DNA of 64,000 nucleotides from Desulfuromonadales bacterium (GTDB lineage Bacteria > Desulfobacterota > Desulfuromonadia > Geobacterales > Pseudopelobacteraceae). Shown here piece by piece: positions 8,423 through 18,587 of the stretch (within the stretch, counting starts at the first letter, position 1; the number at the start of each line of letters is the position of its first letter). A model generated the notes under the pieces. The model saw only the letters and a program-made list of their open reading frames with translations. It ran no database searches and had not been told where the DNA came from. The stretch covers positions 23,441-87,440 of the forward strand of contig JBAXVE010000002.1 of assembly GCA_037129245.1 (NCBI GenBank), written 5' to 3'. The translations under genes were made by a program, and so were the position numbers.

Positions 8423-9211
8423 TCAGGTCGGCGTTTCCTCTCCGAGAATGACCCTGCTGAGGGCATCGTCAATTTTTTCGGCGTCAACCATCGTGTTGAA
8501 GCAGGGGCCGAATGGTCGCTCGTTGAGAATGCCGATTACCGGCAGGGGGTAGCAGTCCTTGATGCCGGAGGTCAGGTCGCGCTCGCAGGCCACGGCCAGT
8601 ACCAGCTTGGGTCGCTTTTCGACGATTACCTTGCGTGCCAGCGTGCCGCCTGTGGCCACTGAGATATCGATGTTGTACTTGTGGCCGATATCTACCAGCC
8701 CCTTGATGCTGCAGCGGCCGCACTGAATACACTTGTTGATGTCGCCGGTGACCTTGATCTCGCAGTCGAACAGTTGGATGCAGTGTGGCAGGAGGACCAG
8801 CACCCGGTCGGGCCTGACCTTCATCCGCTGTGAGATGACCAGGCTGTTGTTCATGGCGATGAACGACTGGCGGATGCTGTCCTTGTTGATGCCCATCAGG
8901 CGACCGACCAGCTCAATAACCGGCAGCAGAAATTTAATTACCACCAGTCGCATGAAACGGGTCAGGAAAATGTCTTTCCCGAGGGCGGTGGTCAGCACCA
9001 GCAGGCCGGTGCCGAGGATGGCTGCTCCTGAAAGCACCGCCATGATGATACCGACAAGATGGGGCAGGTTGGGGTGTATGTTGGCAAGCCCCCGGTTGGG
9101 AACCCACCAGGCAAGGAATATCACCGCCACAACGATCAGGCAGGTTATCCCCATCAAGGTGACGAAGAGTCGCTTCCGCGGCGGGGTGGTATGTACGTCG
9201 CCGTCCGTCAT
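8423..9211 (-). CDS. DUF116 family membrane protein with Cys-rich cytoplasmic domain
   Basis: Has 3 N-terminal TM helices followed by LPHCIQLFDCEIKVTGDINKCIQCGRCSIKG. The ATG overlaps the fmt stop (ATGA, 9208-9211). Confidence 0.7.
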   Translation of the reverse strand: MTDGDVHTTPPRKRLFVTLMGITCLIVVAVIFLAWWVPNRGLANIHPNLPHLVGIIMAVLSGAAILGTGLLVLTTALGKDIFLTRFMRLVVIKFLLPVIELVGRLMGINKDSIRQSFIAMNNSLVISQRMKVRPDRVLVLLPHCIQLFDCEIKVTGDINKCIQCGRCSIKGLVDIGHKYNIDISVATGGTLARKVIVEKRPKLVLAVACERDLTSGIKDCYPLPVIGILNERPFGPCFNTMVDAEKIDDALSRVILGEETPT

Positions 9212-10164
9212 GCTCCCACCGTCCCGTGATGCCCGCCAAGTACCGTTCCTGCGGCAACAGGACAGCCAGCCAGAAAACTCACGGTGTCAAGCCGCTTTTT
9301 TCCGGCCAGCTGCAGCTCTTCGATGAACAGGCTGCCATCGAGGCAGGCGATTTCCAACTCACCCTTTGACGCCTTCAGTACCGTCCCCGGTGTCCCGCTT
9401 CCACTGCCGGGGCGCGCACGGTAGACTTTCACGACCTGATCACCGATAAAGCTGTAAGCAACCGGCCAGACCGCAAGTCCGCGCACCTGATTGTGGATGG
9501 CCATGGCAGTGCGGTTCCAGTCAATCAAACCATCTTCCTTTTTGAGCATCGCCGCGTAACAGCTCTCGTCGCTATTCTGGGGCCGGGGTAAAACCGACCC
9601 TTCCTTCAGCCGGTCAAGCGTTTCGCCCAGCAGTTCACCCCCCATGACGGACATGCGATCGTGCAGCGACACGATGTCCTCGCGCTCGCCGATCAGGGCA
9701 CTCCGTTTCAGCAGCATCGGCCCGGTATCGAGGCCGGGATCCATCAGCATGGTGGTGACGCCGGTCTCAGTCTCGCCGTTGATGATGCACCAGTTGAGCG
9801 GTGCGGCGCCCCGATAGCGGGGAAGCAGCGAGGCGTGAACATTGATGCAGCCGTGGGGCGGAATATCGAGAAGCGACCTGGGGAGGATCTGCCCGAACGC
9901 CACGACGATGATGATATCCGGCTTCATTTCCCGGATCAGTTCGACACATTCCGGGGCGCGCACCTTGACCGGTTGAAATACCGGGATACCGTGTCTTTCG
10001 GCCAACTCTTTCACTGGCGGGGCCACCAGCTTCTGCCCCCGACCTTTCGGCCGGTCCGGCTGGGTGAACACCCCTGCCAGCTGTTCGCCACGATCGATCA
10101 GCATCTGCAATGTGGGACAGGCAAATTCAGGCGTCCCCATGAAAATAATGCGCCAGCCGGTCAT
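9208..10164 (-). CDS. fmt: methionyl-tRNA formyltransferase
   Basis: RIIFMGTPEFA..., HASLLPRYRGAAPLNW and the C-terminal Fmt domain are all present. 4-nt overlap with def. Confidence 0.95.
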   Translation of the reverse strand: MTGWRIIFMGTPEFACPTLQMLIDRGEQLAGVFTQPDRPKGRGQKLVAPPVKELAERHGIPVFQPVKVRAPECVELIREMKPDIIIVVAFGQILPRSLLDIPPHGCINVHASLLPRYRGAAPLNWCIINGETETGVTTMLMDPGLDTGPMLLKRSALIGEREDIVSLHDRMSVMGGELLGETLDRLKEGSVLPRPQNSDESCYAAMLKKEDGLIDWNRTAMAIHNQVRGLAVWPVAYSFIGDQVVKVYRARPGSGSGTPGTVLKASKGELEIACLDGSLFIEELQLAGKKRLDTVSFLAGCPVAAGTVLGGHHGTVGA

Positions 10165-10667
10165 TGTGCCTCCTCGGCAGCCTTGCGGGCCTTACGTTGA
10201 AAAAGCTCCCGCTTGAGCGGTGACAGGTGGTCAACAAACAAAATTCCCTCCAGATGATCAATCTCGTGCTGAAAGGCGATGGCCAGAAGTTCATCGGCCT
10301 TCCAGGTACACTCAGTCCCTTCCAGATCGAGCCCCTTGACGATTACGCGGGCGTGACGGCGGACGTTGGCAGCGTACTTCGGCACAGAAAGGCATCCCTC
10401 TTCTTCGAAGGCCTCACCCTCGGCATGGATGATAACCGGGTTGATGGCGATTATCAGATCGGAGGGTAGATCCTTGGGGGCTACGTCGATGACGATGACG
10501 CGCTGGTGAGCTCCGACCTGCGGGGCGGCCAGCCCGACTCCCGGAGCATTGTACATGGTCTCGGCCATGTCGCGGGCCAGTTGCCGGACCGCGTCGTTTA
10601 TAACGGTAACCGCCGCAGATTTTTTTTTGAGTTCGGGGTTCGGGTAGGTGAGTATGGTACGGATCAT
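10161..10667 (-). CDS. def: peptide deformylase
   Basis: All three PDF motifs are present: GVGLAAPQ, EGCLS and QHEIDHL. Start taken at the internal ATG (MIRTILTYPNPELK). Confidence 0.95.
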   Translation of the reverse strand: MIRTILTYPNPELKKKSAAVTVINDAVRQLARDMAETMYNAPGVGLAAPQVGAHQRVIVIDVAPKDLPSDLIIAINPVIIHAEGEAFEEEGCLSVPKYAANVRRHARVIVKGLDLEGTECTWKADELLAIAFQHEIDHLEGILFVDHLSPLKRELFQRKARKAAEEAQ

Positions 10668-10734
10668 AAACGTCCTTCGGAGCGGACTACGAGGCTGATG
10701 CCGGGGCATCGTACGCTTACCGCGATTTTAAAAA

Positions 10735-11586
10735 TCAGCTGAAAAAACTTTTATCCTGGTCGTACATTGCGCAGAATCGTTCTAGTAACTCGGCGAGGTG
10801 TGCCTGATCGAGGGCCAGTTCCTGTGCCGGAACCGATTGCGAAAGATCCAGACCATCATCCGGTTCGCGAATGCCGATCCCGGCCTTATGGCAGAACAGG
10901 TTGGCCAGCCCCACGATGCTGGTAAGGCGGCGCTGGTGCGGATCTTCATCTTCGGCAAAATCAAAGGAGTGATGCTTGAGTACCGCCTGCATCAACTCAT
11001 CAGGGAAATTCCATTTTTTCATGACCAGCGCGCCGACCTGGGAATGGGTGTAGGAGTAGACCTGTTTTTCGGCTTCCTCGAACGGGATTTCGTCATTGTA
11101 GCATTTCTGCATGGCCTGCTGGAACTGCTGACTGTCCATGGTGTTCAGAATGATTTTACCGATGTCGTGGAAAAGTCCCCCCAGAAAGGCCTCCTCATCG
11201 TTTGCCATGCGGGTCCCTTTTGCTATGATGCGGGCGGCCAGACCGGCACCGAAGGAGTGTTCCCACAACATTTTTTCGGTGAGCCCGTACGGCTTGTAAA
11301 CCTGTTTCACCGAAGCTGCGACGACGAGACTTTTCAGGGTGCTGAAACCGAGAACTACGATGGCGTGCGAAAGGGTCTGGATCTGGCGCTGACAGCCATA
11401 GAATGAAGAGTTGGATATTTTGAGAACCCTGGCGGCGACCGCCGGATCCGACGCAACCACTTTGGCAAGTTCATCGACCGAAGCATTTTCCTGTTCGATC
11501 AGCTGCATGACCTTAGTAGCAACCACCGGAATCGTCGGCAGATCACTGGCCGTCATGATCATAATTTCCAGCTCTCTGTTCTGCAT
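10735..11586 (-). CDS. HDOD domain signalling protein
   Basis: Shows the HDOD pattern: LPTIPVVATKVMQL..., DPAVAARVLKISNSSFYG, GLFHDIGK. ATG 11586 is preceded by AGGAGG. Confidence 0.85.
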   Translation of the reverse strand: MQNRELEIMIMTASDLPTIPVVATKVMQLIEQENASVDELAKVVASDPAVAARVLKISNSSFYGCQRQIQTLSHAIVVLGFSTLKSLVVAASVKQVYKPYGLTEKMLWEHSFGAGLAARIIAKGTRMANDEEAFLGGLFHDIGKIILNTMDSQQFQQAMQKCYNDEIPFEEAEKQVYSYTHSQVGALVMKKWNFPDELMQAVLKHHSFDFAEDEDPHQRRLTSIVGLANLFCHKAGIGIREPDDGLDLSQSVPAQELALDQAHLAELLERFCAMYDQDKSFFS

Positions 11587-11756
11587 TGCGACCTCCTGAA
11601 ACATGCGGCAGGCATACATCTCGCACCCCACCGGAATAAAGAATAGTACGTTCGCCCGTTTAAAAAATCAAGTAGTTACGCTAAATCATTGAAATGCTGT
11701 CAACTGCGGTGTATAATCCCCGCTCAATTTATGCCAAATCCGAGGATATCGACACT

Positions 11757-13655
11757 ATGCATCTACTGCGAACGTGCCTGTTACTGACATTGGCGATACT
11801 GCTGCTCTGCGGCTTCAGCTGGAATTTTGGCGGCGATCCCTGCAAGGACTCCCTGGAAAAAGCCGCTTCTTTGTCGTCGCTTCGTGACGATACCGCCATC
11901 CGGCAGACGGAGGCCAAAATTCTTTCACAGTGCCCGGACGGCGCGGCGGCCCATTACGTCACTGCCCTGCAGCTCGAACGGGTCGGCAATATGGACGGTG
12001 CCATCGCATCATACCGGAAGTCGCTGCAGCAGGATTCCACCTTCGGGCGGGCAAGCGGCAACCTCGGACTGCTGTATTTCCGCAAGGGAATGACCGATGA
12101 AGCTTCGGTAGAACTGGCCAAGGGGCTTTCTCAGGTACAGGATCCGGCCTACCATAAAGCAATGGCGCAGATTTTTGCCGATCGCAAAGTATTCCCGTTG
12201 GCCATATATCATTTTACTGAGGCTCGGCGGAACCAGCCCCGTGATGCATCGCTGTCCACCGCACTGGCAGAGATGTATACCGCCAGTGGACAGCCGGACA
12301 AGGCCCTGGAAGAGTATCGGCAGACACTGTCAATTGATCCTTCCAATGAAAAGGCTCATATCGGCAGTGCAACCATCAGGCTGCAGCGCAATGAAACCGA
12401 AATTGCGCTTGCACATCTGAAGCAGGCCGAACTGGTACAGCCGCAGAACCGCTCCATTCACCAGATGCTGGCAGCAATTTACGAGAAAAAGGGTGATGCG
12501 AAACAGGCTGATTACCACAATTTGCTGGCTGGCAAGGGGAAAAGTTCATTGTCATCCTATACTCCGTCTGCCCCGGATACGTCAGCAGGAGGCAAGGATA
12601 TTGACTCACTCAAGGCGGCGATCAAGCAGCGCCCCGATGATCTCGAAGCATTCGAGAGCCTGGGACATCTTTACCGCTCGGCAGGCAGGGATGACGACGC
12701 TTTCGAAGCGTATCGCCAGGCCGCCCATCTGAACAGCAGCAGCAGTGACGTGTACCTCAATCTGGGAACCCTCTACGAAAAACGGCTGCAGATGGATGAG
12801 GCGGTCGTGGCCTATAAACGGGCTGTGAAGGTAAGTCCTGCCAACGCGGAGGCCCACCTGAGACTGGGCAATATCCAGTTCGCTCGCGGGCTCTTCCAGG
12901 AAACGGTGGGGCACTATTCGGAGTTTTTAAAACTGCGCCCCAACAGTCCCGACATCCATCTCAAAATGGCACGCATATTCGCCCGCAGCAAAGAGACTGC
13001 CCTGGCAATTTCGGCGTACAATTCGGTGCTCTCCTACAGTCCGAACGATCCCGATGCCAATCGTGAAATTGCCGCCCTGTACGCTCAAAAAGGTGATACC
13101 GCCAACGCGATCAGCCATTTTCGCAAGGTACTTGAACAGCGTAAAGATGATGCCGATGCACGCACCGGCCTGGTCTCGGTCTACGTTAAAGGGAAGCAGT
13201 ATGACGAAATTGCGGTCCTGCTCAAGGAAGCGGTGGAGCTCAACCCGGATGACCCGGTCAACCACTATAAGCTGGGGCTGATCTACGATTTCAACAAAGA
13301 CTTTGACAATGCGGCTGCGAGTTATAAAAAAGCGGTCGAACTCAAACCTGACAACGCCCGGGCCTTGAATGCACTGGGGCGCCTCTACATGAAGACCGGG
13401 CGCCTGAACGAAGCCAGGGAAGCCCTGGAAGCAGCAAAAAAGGCCGATCCTACCATGGAGGAAGCCTCCGTCCTGCTGAACAACATCCGCGACGAATTCA
13501 ACCCCGAACCCCACAAGATCAGTAAAGGTAAAAAGGGCAAGAAAGGGAAGAAGTCTGTAAAAAGCGGTAAGAGTTCAAAAAAGGTCAAGGGGGCAAAATC
13601 AACCAAGGGGAGCGCACCACCTCCTGCTGCCAAAGGGGCGGCCAAGAAACCCTGA
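11757..13655 (+). CDS. secreted/possibly lipidated TPR-repeat protein with Lys-rich C-terminal tail
   Basis: Has a signal peptide (MHLLRTCLLLTLAILLLCG), at least 10 TPR units, and the tail KGKKGKKGKKSVKSGKSSKKVKGAKSTKG. An alternative upstream ATG exists at 11694. Confidence 0.7.
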   Translation: MHLLRTCLLLTLAILLLCGFSWNFGGDPCKDSLEKAASLSSLRDDTAIRQTEAKILSQCPDGAAAHYVTALQLERVGNMDGAIASYRKSLQQDSTFGRASGNLGLLYFRKGMTDEASVELAKGLSQVQDPAYHKAMAQIFADRKVFPLAIYHFTEARRNQPRDASLSTALAEMYTASGQPDKALEEYRQTLSIDPSNEKAHIGSATIRLQRNETEIALAHLKQAELVQPQNRSIHQMLAAIYEKKGDAKQADYHNLLAGKGKSSLSSYTPSAPDTSAGGKDIDSLKAAIKQRPDDLEAFESLGHLYRSAGRDDDAFEAYRQAAHLNSSSSDVYLNLGTLYEKRLQMDEAVVAYKRAVKVSPANAEAHLRLGNIQFARGLFQETVGHYSEFLKLRPNSPDIHLKMARIFARSKETALAISAYNSVLSYSPNDPDANREIAALYAQKGDTANAISHFRKVLEQRKDDADARTGLVSVYVKGKQYDEIAVLLKEAVELNPDDPVNHYKLGLIYDFNKDFDNAAASYKKAVELKPDNARALNALGRLYMKTGRLNEAREALEAAKKADPTMEEASVLLNNIRDEFNPEPHKISKGKKGKKGKKSVKSGKSSKKVKGAKSTKGSAPPPAAKGAAKKP

Positions 13656-13741
13656 TGTGCCGTATCCGTTCAGAGATCCGGGCACACCTCTCCACGCAGC
13701 TCCATTTTGCATCCGGCATCCATTGAACTGGGAATACGACC

Positions 13742-16700
13742 ATGACCGATCACCGCTTCAGTGACACCTATTTCCCCTACGACATTCAGATTTCCTCCCA
13801 CCACTGGAGCACTCTCGACCTGGGGTCGATCTCCCGCCTGATCAGCGAGCGCGGCATACCGCGCATCATATTCTACCGGCAGGTAGCTGCCCGGCTCAAT
13901 GCGGGACGCCCCGGCGGAGCCGCGACCGTGCATGCCGCAGAGCTCAATCTGTACGCAGCCCTGCAACGCGCCTTCCGCTATCTTGTGGATTTGGCAGCCG
14001 ATCGAGCGGGGGAGTACGATATGGTCCGTGCCCTGAAAAAGGGGGGGCTGGACCCGGACGGCACGAAAATGAAGCTGACTGCACAGCGCTTTGTGGAGCT
14101 GTTTCCGCCGGACGCCGTGTTGAACGGAAATGTGGACGGAAAACAGTGGCTGACTGATCAGTTCCATGCGGCACAACGTACCCGCCACCTGCTGCGCGAA
14201 ATGTTGTTGCTCAAACTGGCTGCCGACAATCCTGCCATTGACAGCTTTCGTGAACTGGTTGACGACCGGACGCTGGCAGCGTCTTCTCATTACCTGACCG
14301 TTGTTACTGCTCTTGACCGTTCGCTGAAGTCGGGACCGCCGCTGGCAGGCCTGGGGCAGTCGCTGATCGATGCCCTCACGGCGGCAATTGCCGCGTCACC
14401 GGCATCCCTGGCCGGTCAGGTCAGGTATCTGCGCCAGCAGTGGCACGATCTGCTGCCGGCTGAACTGATCCGGGATGTTGATACCGCCTTCGATATTCTG
14501 CTTGAAGAGGAGCGTGAGCGTGGGTGGGGAGGCGATCCGGGGCCACCGCCGGTGATGGAGTTTGGCCGCGGAGGAGCACACGGTGGAATGGCGGCCGGTG
14601 AGGATGGATCGTCGGTCTTCGGCGGCTACGATTATCCGGAGCATGAGGCTTTCTCCACCGATGCCGATTGGATGCCCAACGTGGTTCTGATGGCCAAAAT
14701 GGTGTATGTCTGGCTCGATCAGCTCTCGAAACAGTATGGTTATGCGATCACCCGCCTCGACCAGGTGCCGGATGTCGAACTGGCGACCCTCTCGCGACGC
14801 GGCTTTACCGGGCTCTGGCTGATCGGCGTCTGGGAACGCTCGGTGGCCTCACGGCGCATCAAACAGCTTTGCGGCAACGACGATGCCATCGCCTCGGCTT
14901 ATTCGCTCTACGACTACGAGATTGCTGCCGATCTCGGGGGGTGGGAGGCGCTGGCCAGTCTGCGTCAGCGAGCCCTGGCCAACGGCATCCGGCTGGCAAG
15001 CGACATGGTGCCCAACCATACTGGCATCTACTCACGCTGGGTTATGCACCACCCCGACTGGTTCGTCCAGACCGACTATCCGCCATTCCCGACCTATCAA
15101 TTTAACGGAGAGGACCTCTCCCATTCAGAACACGCCGTCATCCAGGTTGAGGATGGCTACTGGACCAAAACCGACGCCGCCGTGGTATTCCGGATGATCG
15201 AACATTCCACCGGGCGCACCCGCTACATTTACCACGGCAACGACGGCACCAGCATCCCCTGGAACGACACCGCCCAGCTGAACTACCTGCTCCCCGAAGT
15301 CCGCGAGGCGGTCGTTCAGACCATTCTGCATGTGGCGCGCAATTTTCCGATTATCCGCTTCGATGCTGCCATGACCCTGGCCAAGAAGCATTACCAGCGG
15401 CTCTGGTTCCCGATCCGTGGCTTGGGTGGCGGAATACCCTCACGCGCCGAGCATGGCATGAGTCGCGACGAGTTTGACGCGCTCTTCCCGGTGGAATTCT
15501 GGCGCGAGGTGGTCGACCGCGTGGCTGCCGAGGCGCCGGGCACCCTGTTGCTGGCCGAGGCCTTCTGGATGATGGAGGGCTATTTCGTCCGCACCCTGGG
15601 AATGCACCGGGTCTACAACAGCGCCTTCATGAACATGCTTAAAAAAGAGGAGAATGCCAAGTACCGTCAGACTATCCGTAATGTACTGGAATTCAATCCC
15701 GAGGTACTGCAACGCTTTGTCAACTTCATGAACAATCCGGATGAGAAGACCGCCGTGGCCCAGTTCGGCTCCCAGGGAAAATATTTCGGTGCCTGTCTGC
15801 TCATGGCCACCATGCCGGGACTGCCGATGTTTGGTCATGGCCAGATTGAAGGGTTTCAGGAAAAATACGGCATGGAGTACAAACGGGCTTATTGGGACGA
15901 GCAACCGGACGAGGGGCTGGTGCAGGGGCACGAAATGTGGATTTTTCCGCTGCTGCGCAAGCGCTGGCTCTTTTCAGGAGCCGAAAACTTTGCGTTCTAC
16001 GATTTCTGCACCGGTGAGGCTGTTGACGAAAATGTCTATGCCTATTCCAATCGGGTCGGTGACCAGCGGGCGCTGGTGCTGTATCACAACAGCCACGCCC
16101 GCACAGCCGGCTGGGTGCGTGAATCAACTTCCTTGGCCGTAAAAACCGGTGTCGGCGAGGAGTTTGAGCTGCAGCGCACCACCCTCTGCCGTTCGCTCGG
16201 CATCCATGACGAGGAGAATCTGTTTGTGACGTTCCGTGATCTTACCGGAGGGCTCGAATATATCCGTTCGGCGCATGAAATGGCGGCGAGAGGTCTTTTT
16301 GCAGAGCTGGAAGAGTACCACTTCCACGTTTTTCTCGATTTCAGCGAGATCCGCGACGATCTGGACGGCTCGTGGCGCAAGCTCTTTCTGCATCTGAAGG
16401 GGGCGGGGGTTGCATCGCTGGAGGATGAGCGTAAACAGATGATGTATGCGAAACTGAACTGCGCTTTTGCAGCAGTTCTGCAGCAGGCGGTGAGTGATGA
16501 AATGGATGTTTCTCTGGTCACCAGCGACACAGCCGCTCAATCACTAGAGGCATTTTATGCCGAGGCAACACATCTGGCCAATCCGATACCGAAACCACGC
16601 ACCATCTGTTCTACCAAGCATGCTCCGCTCAGCTCTCTGAAGTCGCTTGCATCGTTGCGAAGCGTGAAAACAAAAGCAACGTACGCCGTTCTTTTCCAGC

Positions 16701-17311
16701 AGCGCCTCTCTGCGCATTTCTCAGACACGGCTTCCAGGCGCCTGCTGCTTTCCTGGTTCCTGTTGCGCTCTCTCAGCATTGATCCACGCTCATTTGGGCT
16801 CGACTACACGCTGCGGCGTTTACTCCAGGGTTCTGAGGCCGGTTTCATTCATCGTTCCGCCGCGCTTCTGTCAGCGCTCCTTGAGCTCTCGCAGGCAGCA
16901 GCAGCCTCCCGGCAGACAACTCCTGAATATAGTGTCACACAAGCGGTTGTCACGCTGCACTCTTGCCGTCGCTACCTGTTGACCCACGAAAGTGGCGGCA
17001 TCGAATGGTTCAATAAAGAGCGCTTTGAGGAATTGTGCGCATGGCTGATCCTCGGAAATCTTCTGGATACATTCGTAACGGCTGCGACAACGCAAACCTC
17101 CGCCACCCGCATGACAGACTCCGAGGCTTTTCTTGAAAACTGCTACACACTGGCCACGGCTGCCGGCTATCGCAGCCTCTTATTTACCGATCTGTTCAAC
17201 AGCGCATCCGGCACTGCCGCTCGCGCGCCGAGGAAACCGACTGCTGCCAGCAAATCCAAGACGTCATCCACACCCCAAAAAGCTTCCCGCACGAAAAAAA
17301 TCGCCACGTAA
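13742..17311 (+). CDS. large alpha-amylase-family (GH13-like) protein with long N- and C-terminal extensions
   Basis: GH13 regions are visible: I DMVPNHTG, II IIRFDAAMTL, III LLLAEAFW, IV FVNFMNNPDE. The catalytic core is about 400 aa of the 1189 total. Confidence 0.7.
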   Translation: MTDHRFSDTYFPYDIQISSHHWSTLDLGSISRLISERGIPRIIFYRQVAARLNAGRPGGAATVHAAELNLYAALQRAFRYLVDLAADRAGEYDMVRALKKGGLDPDGTKMKLTAQRFVELFPPDAVLNGNVDGKQWLTDQFHAAQRTRHLLREMLLLKLAADNPAIDSFRELVDDRTLAASSHYLTVVTALDRSLKSGPPLAGLGQSLIDALTAAIAASPASLAGQVRYLRQQWHDLLPAELIRDVDTAFDILLEEERERGWGGDPGPPPVMEFGRGGAHGGMAAGEDGSSVFGGYDYPEHEAFSTDADWMPNVVLMAKMVYVWLDQLSKQYGYAITRLDQVPDVELATLSRRGFTGLWLIGVWERSVASRRIKQLCGNDDAIASAYSLYDYEIAADLGGWEALASLRQRALANGIRLASDMVPNHTGIYSRWVMHHPDWFVQTDYPPFPTYQFNGEDLSHSEHAVIQVEDGYWTKTDAAVVFRMIEHSTGRTRYIYHGNDGTSIPWNDTAQLNYLLPEVREAVVQTILHVARNFPIIRFDAAMTLAKKHYQRLWFPIRGLGGGIPSRAEHGMSRDEFDALFPVEFWREVVDRVAAEAPGTLLLAEAFWMMEGYFVRTLGMHRVYNSAFMNMLKKEENAKYRQTIRNVLEFNPEVLQRFVNFMNNPDEKTAVAQFGSQGKYFGACLLMATMPGLPMFGHGQIEGFQEKYGMEYKRAYWDEQPDEGLVQGHEMWIFPLLRKRWLFSGAENFAFYDFCTGEAVDENVYAYSNRVGDQRALVLYHNSHARTAGWVRESTSLAVKTGVGEEFELQRTTLCRSLGIHDEENLFVTFRDLTGGLEYIRSAHEMAARGLFAELEEYHFHVFLDFSEIRDDLDGSWRKLFLHLKGAGVASLEDERKQMMYAKLNCAFAAVLQQAVSDEMDVSLVTSDTAAQSLEAFYAEATHLANPIPKPRTICSTKHAPLSSLKSLASLRSVKTKATYAVLFQQRLSAHFSDTASRRLLLSWFLLRSLSIDPRSFGLDYTLRRLLQGSEAGFIHRSAALLSALLELSQAAAASRQTTPEYSVTQAVVTLHSCRRYLLTHESGGIEWFNKERFEELCAWLILGNLLDTFVTAATTQTSATRMTDSEAFLENCYTLATAAGYRSLLFTDLFNSASGTAARAPRKPTAASKSKTSSTPQKASRTKKIAT

Positions 17312-17340
17312 GCACCATATACGGGTGCAGTGGAGATGTA

Positions 17341-18516
17341 ATGACCAAAATTACTCTTAACAAAAACGAAGATCGTCGTATCAAATCCGGCCACCCGTGG
17401 GTTTTCAGTAATGAAATCCATGGCGTGGAGGGCGAGCGGGCTGTCGGAGCTACCGCAGAATTATATGACGCAGCTGGCGGCGTTATCGGTGTCGGACATT
17501 ACAACCCGCATTCGCTGATTGCGTTTCGACTGGTGTCCCGGATGCGGGAGGATATCAACACGGTTGAATTCTTTGAAAGGCGGATCACTGCCGCACTGGC
17601 ACATCGTACCGCCCGCTATCCCGGCCTGTCCACCTTCCGTGCTGTTTATGGCGAGAGCGATTTTCTGCCCGGCCTGGTGGTTGATAAATACGGAGAGTAC
17701 CTGTCGCTGCAGTTTCTTTCTGCCGGGATGGATTGCCGTCGCGAGCAGATAATTTCCGCCTTGCGGAATGTATTCAACCCTTCCGGCATCATCGCCCGCA
17801 ATGACGTAGCTGTCCGCAAACTGGAAGGGCTGGATGAACAGGTGGAGCTGCTCTGGGGTGACATTCCGGAACGGGTAGATATGGAAGAAAATGGTCTCCA
17901 TTTTCAGGTGAATCTGCGTGAAGGGCAGAAGACCGGCGGCTTCCTCGACCAGAAGCAGAACCATCTGCTACTGCGGGAAATCAGCGTCGGGAAGAATGTG
18001 CTCGACTGTTTCTGCTACACCGGCGGCTGGGCGGTACATGCCGCGTCGTTTGGCGCACGTTCGGTGCTGGGGCTCGATATTTCGGCGCGGGCCGTGGGGC
18101 AGGCCAGCAGCAATGCCAAACTGAACACGGTGTCCAACCGGGTGCGCTTCGAGGAATGCGATGCCTTTGAACGGCTCCGTTCGCTGCATCAGGAAGGGCA
18201 GCGTTTCGGCGTGATCGTCATGGATCCTCCCGCCTTTGTCAAGAGCCGCAAGAACCTCGCCGAGGCGACCAAAGGCTATCTGACAGTCAACCGTCGGGCT
18301 CTGGAATTGCTGGAGCCGGGTGGCTACCTGGTCACCTGTTCCTGCTCGTACCACATGGGGCGCGAAGCGTTCCGCGATATGCTGGTGCAGGCGGCACGGC
18401 TGGCCAAGCGCGAAGTGCGGCTGGTGGAAACCTGCAACCAGGCGGCTGATCATCCGGTGCTACTGTCGTTTCCGGAGTCGGAATATTTGAAATGTTTTGT
18501 CCTGCAGGTGGTTTGA
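17341..18516 (+). CDS. rlmI: 23S rRNA m5C methyltransferase RlmI-like (PUA + class I SAM MTase)
   Basis: The N-terminus reads RIKSGHPWVFSNEI (PUA-like). DCFCYTGGW and MDPPAF motifs are present. 391 aa. Confidence 0.8.
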   Translation: MTKITLNKNEDRRIKSGHPWVFSNEIHGVEGERAVGATAELYDAAGGVIGVGHYNPHSLIAFRLVSRMREDINTVEFFERRITAALAHRTARYPGLSTFRAVYGESDFLPGLVVDKYGEYLSLQFLSAGMDCRREQIISALRNVFNPSGIIARNDVAVRKLEGLDEQVELLWGDIPERVDMEENGLHFQVNLREGQKTGGFLDQKQNHLLLREISVGKNVLDCFCYTGGWAVHAASFGARSVLGLDISARAVGQASSNAKLNTVSNRVRFEECDAFERLRSLHQEGQRFGVIVMDPPAFVKSRKNLAEATKGYLTVNRRALELLEPGGYLVTCSCSYHMGREAFRDMLVQAARLAKREVRLVETCNQAADHPVLLSFPESEYLKCFVLQVV

Positions 18517-18587
18517 ACAATTATAATCCTGGCTACAATTGTGCAGCATGACGCATTCTGTCATACAAATACGTTAATCTCTCCACC

